Part shown: in pieces, positions 12,701-24,700 of the stretch
Layout: each line of letters starts with the position of its first letter
How positions within the stretch are numbered: position 1 is the stretch's first letter
Assembly: GCA_002633005.1 (NCBI GenBank)
Contig: NMRA01000123.1
Coordinates: 770,656-834,655 of the forward strand
Origin: Phoronis australis
Lineage: Eukaryota; Animalia; Phoronida
Direction of reading: 5' to 3'
Length of the DNA stretch: 64,000 bases
The notes under the pieces: generated by a model
Database searches by the model: none
What the model saw: only the letters and a program-made list of their open reading frames with translations
Told to the model about the DNA's origin: nothing
Position numbers and translations under genes: made by a program

Positions 12701-15700
12701 AGCGGTGCCATCTGGAGATGTCAGCTTCGTCAACCCAAGACGAATTTTCGCAATTTCCAGAGCCTCTGGTGGAATAGCGGGCAACTTTCTCCTTACTCTA
12801 ATTCTCTTTCGAGGAATTACGTTGTCAGAGTCACTTGAGAAGGAGTGAGGAGAACAAGTCCTTGGTGAACGGGACTCACCCGAGGCACTGTTCTGCTGCA
12901 GCCCACAATTTGTATCATCTGGCACACAAGACTGAAGATAAGCATGGTTAACACCCGTATCCTCAGACAACCCTTTCCTCAAGGAGATCGGAGGAAATTC
13001 AGATTCAGGATCCCGTTGAAGACGGCCGGTTGCCGACATTGCCACAACCTCTGCCACACAGTCAGCAGTGACAAGATCGCAATCACTGGTGTCCATTGGC
13101 TGCAGCAAGTGTCTTGACCACTCATGAACATTGGTACGAGAGGTCTTAGCGCTGGCCCCTCGAGACCGTTCACTGTGATCGCTCAGGCTCGCGGCGTCAC
13201 GGGCTGTTTCACACAGGGAAATTTCGGGTGTGGACAAGTACGCCAGCATATCACTGTCTGGCTCCTGTGTAAACTTGGTCTTTGCTAGTCTTTCTAAAGT
13301 TTGGTTAAGTTTTGGGTACTGGTAGTGAATGAAAGAAGAGTTGACCGACCTCTGAACAGAGGGATCTACAGAAGGAGTGTCCAAAGCTACATTCATGTAC
13401 GTGCAGTCTTCACTAAGGAAGTGTCGACGAGGAACTAAAGACTTTGCTCTATCTAAAGCAGCAGATGAGGGCACGCTGGTTGTATCTATACAGCTACTAT
13501 CAGAACTGGAACCAGCTAAACAGAAGAAGGCATGCATAGGAGAGTCAGAGTGGGGAAGTGTTGCAAGTCGGGCATGATAGCTCACCTCCGATTTGCCGTC
13601 AAGCGGGTCCTGCTCCTCATCAAAAGTAGAATCAAAGTCGGACTGAAATCAAACAAAGCAACTGGTGTGGGTGCGGAAAAGAGAAAGACGGAAAGGACAA
13701 GCAAAACGCAAACAAAAACAATAAGTGAGGTGTACGCACAACACAAAAGCTCACACACAAAACAAAATGTAATACACTGACACAAAGTTCATGAAATTCT
13801 ACACTCTAAGATACGGACAAAATGATGAGGGTGCCTATCAATCATCAAGCATCAATGTAAGCATTGCACAGCGTATCTTAAGTAGCTGGAAATCCAGCTT
13901 TTGTAAAAAATGACTTAAGATCCAGGCCATTTACTACGCAGTTATAAAACTGATTTCAACTTGATCCTTACTTGGGTTCGAAGTGATTTTTGAGCTTGGG
14001 AAAAACTACCGGCTCATTTTGCACCGCACATAAAGTGACCAGCCGGGTCAAATCAACTCATTAAACCTAATGTCAATAACTTAGCCACTGTCAGTTGATT
14101 CAAAGAACAGAAATCATTTTTAATCTGATAAAGGAACAAGTCGAAACTCGTTTAGATTTATACTAGTGAACAGCCAGAATCAGAAGGCATTTTCACACAG
14201 CACGTCACGTATATAGAATGTCAATATGTACCTCTTCCTGCACAACAGAGAACTTAAGCTCTGGCTGTTGGTCTTCAATAGTGGAGTCGAGTGGTGAGTC
14301 GTCCCAGCTGTCCACACGTCGCCGTGGAGATGATTCGCTAATATCGGGGTCGCTGACCTCGGAGATGTCGCTCATGCCCAGGTCAGCCATTATTTCTGGT
14401 GCAAGAAAAAAACAAAGCAGCCTGCTCCAAAATTTATCACACTTGATTGAACTTCAAAATATGTTGGCGTTGACAAAATGGTCATGGTTAGATTTAGTGG
14501 GTGAGTATTAAAGTCATGATAACAGTGCTGAAGCACAATAACGTGCTAGTTTGAGTGAGAAAGCAACCAACATTACAAGCAAAACACTTGCATCCATTGA
14601 TATTATGAATCATCACACTTAACACATAAAAACTAATTTGCCAGACATTGGAACACTCCCAAACTGAGCTAAAAGGTCACATATTTTGATTCATTCTTAT
14701 ACAGGAGAGCTTTAGGCATGAACACTAATGTGGTGACAGTATCATAAGCAATTTGTCTTTGGCAAACTCAGATAAATTAAAGCTCATGAAAAATACGCTT
14801 TCATGATTTTCTTAACCTGCACACAAAAACTGTTAAGAACAGTAGGGTTGATTTCATGATGGGTTCTCACAAAAGGCTGAGAATGAAACAGAACTTACTA
14901 GCTTGCTTGTCTTTAGGCAAAGATCCTGTACTTTTCATGGTGCTTGAGAGTGGCGGGGTCTCTGCTGCCTCCTACAAACACGAGACCTTAGAGCCACCCT
15001 GGTCTCAATATTCCTCAAGTATGATGCAACTATCATATCAGATAACAATCTTTTTTGTTTCAAAATATCATGAATAACAACCCAACTCTTTTACGAACAA
15101 ATGTTTCAGCGGATGACTTTGTTAGATCACTATTCCATCAGTACAACGCGGGTTGCTGAACTATATGGATGATCATGAAAGAATAAATTTTGGAGTTAAG
15201 TCATTCACAAAAACACACCGTAATTCACAAAAACCTGTGCAGTATTGAAATAATCAGTTTTGAATCGAGCCACACTTTAGCCTCAGGTAGAAATTTGCAT
15301 GAAACATTTGACAACTTCAGCAGCGATGCTACTACATTCAAAACCTCCAAAAGTCTTTGAAAATACAAATTTCTACTTGACACAAGAAAATTACACAATT
15401 GAAGGTTTTCTAACAGGGACGCCATGACATTTTGAAACTTCAACAACATTCAAGTATGCAATGAACTCCAGGATTTTTATAACAGTGTCACAACAATTCA
15501 TTCAGAAGAAGTATTCATTAAAGTAACCTATCATCTCAACTGATCGCTGTAACTGCAGTCTCAGTAGTCAGTTCTTTCTTAATTGAGAACACCTCTTTCA
15601 ATCGGTACTGCAAAGTTCGTACAGCATACCAAGGCCACCCAGTAGCCACGTACCTTTCTTTGATCTGGTTTGACCTTCTTTGCTGTTCCCGTGACGCTTG

Positions 15701-18700
15701 CTGCACCAGGTGCCATGGCGTCACTCTCTTCCTCTGACTACAATAAAAAAAACAATAACGACATTCTCTCAAAGTTGCCAAAGCTGAAAACAAATGTCAC
15801 AAATTCACCATGGGAGACAACTAGGTGACACTCACTAAACACTTCCAGTAACTTCAAACCTTCCTTTTACCATGTGTGTGTCTAGTATGTTCCTCCATCA
15901 ACACAAAGAAAAATAGTCAGTTGTTTTGGGACTGGCAAACAAAGAATGTCATTAAAAATTGAAACAGATCAAGTAGCAAAGGACTGATTGAGGTAAGAAT
16001 AATGAATTCGTAAAGCTGTTGAGGAGAAATCACGGTAGCATGGTTAAGACTAGTATGCTACTAAAATATCTTACTACAAGCCTGCGACAAATATGGAGCT
16101 TATTATCATAATGAAAAATGGCAATACTTTGTTTTGAAACTTGTTTCAAAAATATGCTAATTATTTGTGTTTGTAGATGAAAAACACAATGGACCATCAG
16201 CATGGACACAAGAACATAGCAGGAACAGTAAGCTAAGACAAAAAATATTGTTTTTTAAATCATTCATGCTTTTGATATAAGTACTTCTCGGCTGCTTTCC
16301 ATGAACACAACAATTTCGCAGGTAAAGCTAGTGTTCACATGCTTTGCATGAAATCTACGACAATATCTTAAGAAGAGTTAATTCCTGATTTTGTATTTTC
16401 ACGAGGTTCTTGTAACTAAACAACACAATCTTGGCCAGGTCTAAACGCACCGAGCAGGCATTCTGAAAACCAACACTGGTACACAATTTCTGCAGGTATG
16501 TGGCTTGTGTTTGCAGGGGCAGTGTTTAATCATTGGCCTACCCTGACAAGAGATTCTCAGAGGAAACATGACAAACCCTTACATCAAAATCAGACTCTTC
16601 TTCTTCCTCTTCAACTAGATTACTCTTCTTCTGTGACGTGACCTTCGCAGGGGTCAGTGCGCTGCTCTTTTTGATTGGCTCCGGCGACGGTGCCTCATTA
16701 TCAGACCACGTGCTCGGCTCATTGGATTGCACAGATTGCTCAGACACTAGCGACCTCTCTGAGCGGGTTGAGTCGGCTTTCTTGACTGGCTGAGGTAGTC
16801 TGGACTTGCCCTTGAGGCTGAGGTTAGAGTCTGACCGCTGCACACTACTGTTTGAGTCATTGCGTTTCACAGCTTTGGACTTGTCCGCAGAGGGCTTAGG
16901 AATCTTCGTTGCCCTGTCGGTGCTTCTAGCAGTGTCTAACCAAAATTATAAGTAAAATCTTAGTACCAGTACAAAATTAAGTGTACATATCAAGGTTACA
17001 TAATAGGATCCTGAAGAATGTCTAAATTAGCCCACCTTTGGAACATATCTCACAATAGGCTCAAGTGATTCATATGGACCTTTCAGACACTGTCCTTTTA
17101 GGAATAAGCTTAAAAACTTTGTTAGAAGGATTATCCAAAATCGTTTCTACAAAAAATTTCGAAAGTTGCATAAAACGAACTGTTAATACAGAAAATTATA
17201 GCAGCGCTTTGAGAGACTTTATCTTAGAAATTTAGATCAAACTGAAATTGGGTCATGTTATTGAGGTCATTATTTTGGCCTGCACATAGCTTAATTTCTT
17301 TTTGCTAGATTATATTGATGAAAGACATGGTCATGTGACCCAAATTGTCAAAGTTTAGTATTAAGTCAAAAATTCCAGACATTCTACTTTCAGAAAATAT
17401 GAAAAGTCATTGACTCAGTTCAATTGACTTGTCAATAAGGTCCTGCATAACATTTCAGTACGAAAATGATAAAGCAATAGTTGTGGTCTGTTTCATGTGA
17501 AGTGACTCGCACTCCTACTAGGTTTAGTCCTGTATAATCATTACCTCATTATTGCCAAGAAATAATGCATATTACAAATTTTCTGGATAATTAACGATGA
17601 CTAGTTTCAGTTTATTCTTTTGCTAAACTCAATTTCATTCACCTGAAATAGTTATGTTGAGCTTAAGACCAAACTTTAAACTTCTGTTTAAAGATTTACG
17701 TCACATCCAAAAACTCAACGAATGAAAAGGAGTTCCGTTCAAACAACACCTACCTGACTCGTCGTCTGAAGGTTTTAGCAGCTTCGACAGATTCAATTTG
17801 GGCACTTGTTTCTGAAAGCACATTGCAACACATCAAATTACGAATCTTCAAAATTGTATTAGTAAACCCCAAGGCATTTTAGGGAGAAGCAGATGATAGC
17901 ACATAGAATGTTATTGTTGCCTTAACAAACTGCTCCATACGTCTTTCATCTTATTTTGAAGTCGACATCGCACGACAAAAACGCATCGTTGCTGCATTTT
18001 ATACATTGAGGATTTAGCATTTAGTTAATCACGTGATAATTAAGCAACACGTCTCACCCTCTTCAGTCACATGACTTCCATTTAAAATGCTACAGTGTCA
18101 GTCCTATGTACATGATTGACAATAACAACATGTGCTGTGTGACTCCTGACTGACAACACTTAACTAACAAAAAGTGCTGTGTGACCTCTGACTGACAACA
18201 CTTAACTATCACTATCGTAAATCTTAAAATTTAAAATAAGTAATTGTTTTGATTTCAGACTGCTAATCGTAATACAGCTTAAGCTTAAGCTTGTTCCTTG
18301 AAAACGATAAGAAATGAACGCTGGACTTGGACAGAACTGACCATTTCATGCTGATTACGATCAATATTGGCGCATGACAAACCAACCATCAAATGTCAAG
18401 CAATAACGAGCTGTCGGCTCTTCCTAACATCACAAACTGCCTCATCTGAGTAAAAAACAAGTTGAAACCATTTTTATATGGCAAACATATGTCAAAGCAT
18501 CCTTAACAGACATCAAGTTTACAAAAACTTGAAATGCAAATGTGCACATAATCACACTAAGACATCTTTGAAATAGAAAAAAAGGAAAAGTCTGTAAGAA
18601 AAATACAAAGAGTGAAACACAGACAGTGCCAAACCCATAAACCAGTGAATGTAACTCAAACAATACAACATCAAAGGAAAGAGAGCATCACGACTCTCAA

Positions 18701-21700
18701 ATTCCCAAGTGTTCTTGAACGCTATGACAGTCACTTAAGAACAAAACGACAGTTTCAATTAAAGCTGCACTTTGCTCGGATTCCCTGTCACTTCAAATAC
18801 ACTTTGAGTTTTTAACTCGAGAGGCAAACCCTACGGCTGATTTGCAATAGACGCAGAACAGCTGGTCGTTGTTGTGACAGGTAACTGACCTATTTTTGAA
18901 TGTAAGTCCCTGCGCACCATTTTTGAACTTCAGGGTTGGCCAACCCCATTGAAACTGATAGTTTCCTGGCGTGTTTCTTGACCTGTTCAGGGTTTCTTCT
19001 TAGTAAGAAAAAGAAGTACTGTCACAGTAAGAAAAATTTAGAGACCACTTTTATAAGAGTAAACGATCCAATTTTATTTTCGTTTTTTTAGCCAGCTGAA
19101 TTGAATAAAATGCACCTTTATGTACACAGTTAAGAACACGGCGAGAAAAAACCGAAAAGTGTGATGTGAAAAGTGAACGCAAATCAAGAAAGAACGCTTG
19201 CACACGGACGGATACCTTCGTGGGGGGTGGAGAACTCTGCGGAACCTCGTCGTTGTCGCTCAAATCAGCTGGTTTCTTTTGCTGAGATTGGCAAACAATA
19301 TGGAGGGTGATGGAACATGTAACATTTCACAACTGGGCAATGCAAGCAATGGTACACAGGCACGGAAGACGAGAACGGCCAAGGCTTCAGGTTATGCAGG
19401 ACTCGCGAAAAGTGTCCTAATTTAGCTAAATTCAGCTGAGAAACTATCGGATTTATACGAAACTTTCAGGTGCTATGTTTAATGCACTGTTCGCCAAAAT
19501 ATTGTTACGGGTTTAAAAACGCACGAGGAGTAAACAAATAGGACTGTTGCATTTGGAAAATTAAATGATTATTAATTTTAATTTTAAATCTGTAACAGCC
19601 AGCGTTTTTGAGAAGTCATCTTGACCATTTTATCTAACAAAATTTGGTCGCGTTGCTGATACCAGTGTTTACTATGAATATACCATTCTTTCTGCTAAAT
19701 CTTTCAAAAAAGGTCACATGACCCAATCAACAGTAGACAGGGGTGAAGACAAATATCAAATTCTACAGGCTTTCTACTTTCAGTACTTTCCACGAGTTGA
19801 GTTCTAGTTTTGTCAATATTTGGTTGAATGTGCAGACTAGTTGGTAAGATCGTACATAACATGAATACGTCGATACCGAGAGGCTTGTTTAACTCTATGT
19901 ACAACCTTAGCCCAATCTAGAAGATAGTATCCAAGAACTAGCAGCAAAATGACATTACTCGGACACCACAATAATTCTAATACAATACGGATACTACAAG
20001 ACAGAGCCCAATTAATAGGGCTCCTGGAACGCTTATTATGGCAACACCAGGACAAACCAATCAATTTAATCCACGGATAATTTGGCACACTTATGCATCA
20101 GCAACGAAGGAGGTCATCAACACGATTCAATTTTCAAATAAGAATACCTTATTTTTGTTCTTGTCAAGTGGTAGATTGTCCTCCTCCTCAGTATCACCCC
20201 ATGAGTCATTCCCTTGTCCTGCTCCTCCAGCACCTGAGATCTTGCTGGCTGTATTATCTGACCAGTCGTCATCTCCTGCGACATTAAGGTCAAGTGAAAC
20301 ACTGAACTGGTCACACTGAACGAAAACTAAAACAACCATGCTGCACAGATCTGCAGTAGAATATCACTTCATAGACAGGACAATTGGAACGACAGAAAAT
20401 AAAATAAACATGATAACCAATGAAGTGTGCTCACAAACATCCTACCCAGCAAAAACTGTAAGGCAAGGGGTGTGTTCTGTACTATGCAACACTTGCCCCA
20501 CGAAATCTCAGCTAATGCAACGAATTTAATGAGTTAACTAATTTAAAAAAAGGTATTTTCTAATAATTCTACATTCCAGCCTCCCTGACAAATGACATCA
20601 GTAGCGCCCATTTTTCTAGTCTACACTTCACTGGCCATTCACCCGCATAGTGAGAGGTCTTGAGTCATCTTGTCAAACTCACAAGAGGGAACGTGCCCCT
20701 GATATTAGACTAACCAAGAAGTTTTACGGTAACACGAGACCATAAAAAGGGTGAAAAGAAAGATCGCCAAATGAACATAACACGCCTTGCTTGTATACAT
20801 TAATTGCTTTTAGATTCGAAACTTTCACACTTTTCTGGATGGCGATTACAGCACTAAACCCGGCCAGGTGCTCATGCACATGCCCAGGGCTGTTTTCTAC
20901 AAGAAGCATTCTATGCACAAAATATCAAATAGAGTGTCACACAATTGAACTTGACCAAGCTTTGGCAAATTCAGCAATTAAGTACCCAACCATAGGCAGT
21001 TGTCATTTTCAGTAAAGGTCTAGAATTGGAATTTCTGAGAGCACATGGCAGTCCAATGGTCACCAGTGCTATACTACTGCACTATCTTCAGCAATACCTG
21101 CATCGACAGCGGGCGCTCCAAACCCACCAGCAGCCTGCGATGATCCCTTGTGCACAGGGGTAGATTTGTTCGAGCCTGTCTGTTTGGGCCCTCGGCCCGT
21201 CCTCATGTCATAGTCCGCTATCAGCTGTGAGCACCCATGTTGACCCTTCATTATAGCACAGTCGTCAGCTGTCCACCCTGTAGAAAGAATAAATATTTTA
21301 GTAAACATTTTCTCCAAAATTCCTCGGTTTGCAGTTATGTAGGGCCTTATCAACATGTCTGTTCAGTAAAATCTCACAAAAGAACAGCACTCATCAATCA
21401 CATGATCAAATTTATCAAAACTGCTGTTACTGTTTCCTAAAACATCAATTCGTTTCCTTTTTATGCAACTTTAAAATAATACTTTCCATGGAAATCATGA
21501 TAGCCCCTCATGCAAAAGTGGAATTAAACAATTCCAAATAGCCACAGTCGGCCATTTTTATAGAGTCCTACGTACCCTTAAGTTCAACACTACTGAAGAT
21601 TCTGCGGACAGACCACGCAGTCACCTGTCTCAGCAATGCACTGTGGGACGCTGTGATTTCGAAATTAAACCTTGCAAAAGCTGTGTAATCAGAATCAAGA

Positions 21701-24700
21701 GCACTTGATTCAACACAGTGTTCCCATACAACGCATTTAGTATTTCAAAATTATTAACAAAATCTGGTATACAACTGTCATTCACGTGTACTTCATACCT
21801 TTCATGTCTTTGAAGGATGTGTCTGCTTTGAACTGTAGCAAAAGCTTCACCAATCCCATGTCACCATCTTCGCAGGCCTGCATGAGGGGGGTCCTGGAAG
21901 CGACATAAACGCAGGAAATTACGCTATATATCCTCCACCAGTTCAAGAACAGCTGTTTTCCACGATCTCAATAAGCATCTTTTGTGAAATTTCTTAACCG
22001 TGTGTCACGTGCCAGTAAATTATCTCTAATCGTTAAAATACAACTACTTGATTGTTTAACAACCTCGGTTATTTTTCTCAAATTCTTTTTCGATCTCATC
22101 TGACACATTATTATAGAGCCCTCTAAAAATCACTGAGCTGATCTGAGCTATTGTCTGTTAAGCCCTTTAACCAACCACATTCAGAATTGCCATCAACTTC
22201 CATCCTACAATACCTTCTAGTCAATAGCCACGCCAACTATTAATCTTTTGTCATTCAGAAACCACCAGAATCAGCATCAATACGTATGGGCATAATTTCC
22301 AAAATTTACAAAACATGCGAAACGTTCAAGATGTCTTCACTTCTGTGATAAAAATCCAAAGAAATGATAGTATACTAAGTACTCCGTGGCCAATTACGCT
22401 CCCCACCTCGAGTTATTATCTTGAGCGTTAACATTGGCGCCCTCTTCCAACAATAACTGGCACATATCTTGTTGTCGTTCAGCAGCTGCGATGTGCAGAG
22501 GTGTACGCCCTTCCTGTTGAAAAATCAATTACATCAGGGATTAGAGACATATTTTTTCGAAAGACAATGGCAAAAGTTTAAATTAATATAAAACACAGAC
22601 GACAGAAAATCATTGAAAGCAAATTGGTTCAGAATACTAAATGCTTTACGAGACAGTGTCAGCGAGCAGAAGACAAATGGCATAGAACGTGAAACTGACT
22701 ACTGAACCGTGTAACACATTTCCCTAATGCACCTATGGATAGCTACATGAACACAGAGGACCAAGAATCAAAGTCCTCTTGTAAAGCTTCCGCATTACAC
22801 GGTTCCCACGCTGACGAACATACTTCCTTATTCATAAACACGGCAGTGAGGTCCAACAAACTCTGTTCACACCAGCTCATAAGTTCATGCCAAGCCTCAC
22901 AAACCCAGCTCGTCAACTGCCAGACATGGTGCCGGACTGACAACACAACCCCTCGCGCACAGTTCACTGACTCACAAAGTCTCGCTCAGACTATCAAACA
23001 CAGTGCTCAGACTGCTATCTACATTGTTGGGTGGTCAGTGAGCAGTGCCTGTGAGTCAGTAGCGTCGTTTTCAGCTGTGTAAATCATGTTTTGTTACAGT
23101 ATCAGGTTTGAAGGTGAGTGAGATGTTTGTGAGTCAGATAACCGAGTACATGGAGTCCACGAGTCGTGCTTGTAAGTGAGAAATTACATTCATGAGTTCA
23201 ACAGCCATGTTGTCTCCACACCTTGACTTCTTTAGGAAATTTTCCACAAGCTCATACCATCTCGTCATGTCACATAAAGTTCTGCATGAAAGCTATTTTC
23301 TTCCGTGCCCCTTTTCCACAAAAAGTGGAGACCACGATGTAGCACCGTCTAAGATGCAGTAACATTGGTTTACCCCGACAAAAAGGCATTGACCTACCTT
23401 GTTCTTGACATCAATCTTGGACCCACTTGACACCAGTATGCTGACTATGTCATAGAGGTTGTCCGAGGTGGCGTAGTGTAAACTGCAGTTGCCCAACTTG
23501 TCCACTGCGTTGGCGTCAGCACGGTGCTCCAACAGGAGTTTAACACAGTCCTCCTGGTGGCACTGGACAGCCTACAGAGATACACACAGGGGGGAATAAA
23601 TAGCAATGGCAAGTATGAAAGTTAAACATTTACAGCGTGGCAAAATCTCACCAATTTTGGACAAAATAATGGCTGCTAGTCGGCTATATTGAGCAAGACT
23701 TTAACGTCGGTAATACTTTTTCAGTGTGGTGCAAGTAAGTTGACACAGCCCAGCTGATGACACTGGACAGTCTACACAATGTTGTTGAACTGCACTGCAT
23801 TGTAGGTTACCAGCAGTCTTTTAGTGCTGGAAAACCGTGTTCTCACCACAAAAGTCATGATCATTGAAATCCTAATTATGAACATTTTCAAAATTCAGGT
23901 CTTAATTTGAGCTGAAAGAAAACTCTAAGACCAAACTTGTGTCGAAATATCACGCATGAGCAACTGTGTTATATTTGCTCAGAAGCAGTGCACAAAATAA
24001 TAATGATTTTGGAAACGACATAGTCAACTTTCACCAAAGTCATCAAGAGATGACTGTATGCATGTGTTCAAACTTAAAGGGGTTTAACAAGTGCACGAGT
24101 TATGGTGCACTATAAACTCTAAGGCTGAAATTAAAGTGAAAGTCATTTCTGGTGACTGAAGTGAGATCTTAGCCATCTCACCCACCATGTCGGTGGTGAG
24201 GCGGCGCAAGATAGTACACGTTGGAGTCTAAATGAAACACATGGAAGAGACAAATGAAGGTGGAGGAAACTCTGGCCTAGAAATCAACTGCCAAACTTGC
24301 GAGGCAGTTTATACAAACGGAAACTTCATAAAAATATTGACAATTATCAAACGTCCATTAGACCCATTTTTGAACATCAATGAAGCCTTGTAATCGTGTG
24401 AAAGGTCAGTTGCTGGTTTGGCGAAGCCATGTTATCGACCAATCAGAAAAACTGCATCAACATCCTTATGCAAAACTTCGTAAGTAAGTATGTAACCACC
24501 GTTGTTCATAGTGACTTAGCATAGAGCAAGATTAGGATATGAAATCACAAATATATACACAATTTACACCAAGTGAGAATTTTTGCTCAGGTAGAACCCT
24601 GTGGTGGTACCTATGCTATGGAACTACACGTAGCATTTATCTGGTGCTACTTATCTTTTATGAAAAAAACATGAAACTAAATAGAAGTTCACATGATTCT

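Noticed and set aside
5837-13585. Giant ORF as a transposon or viral polyprotein
   Set aside because: There are no RT, integrase, protease, helicase or transposase motifs and no LTRs or TIRs, and it is in frame with host exons on both sides.
18692-18721. Possible 30-nt microexon (RSRTLGNLRV) between exons 8 and 9
   Set aside because: The donor is weak and the acceptor context poor; it cannot be supported without reads.
19206-19215. Exon-8 donor GTATCCGT resembling a U12-type 5' splice site
   Set aside because: It mismatches the GTATCCTT consensus, and there is no CCTTAAC branch point before the next acceptor (17811). The ZCRB1 introns are also all U2-type.
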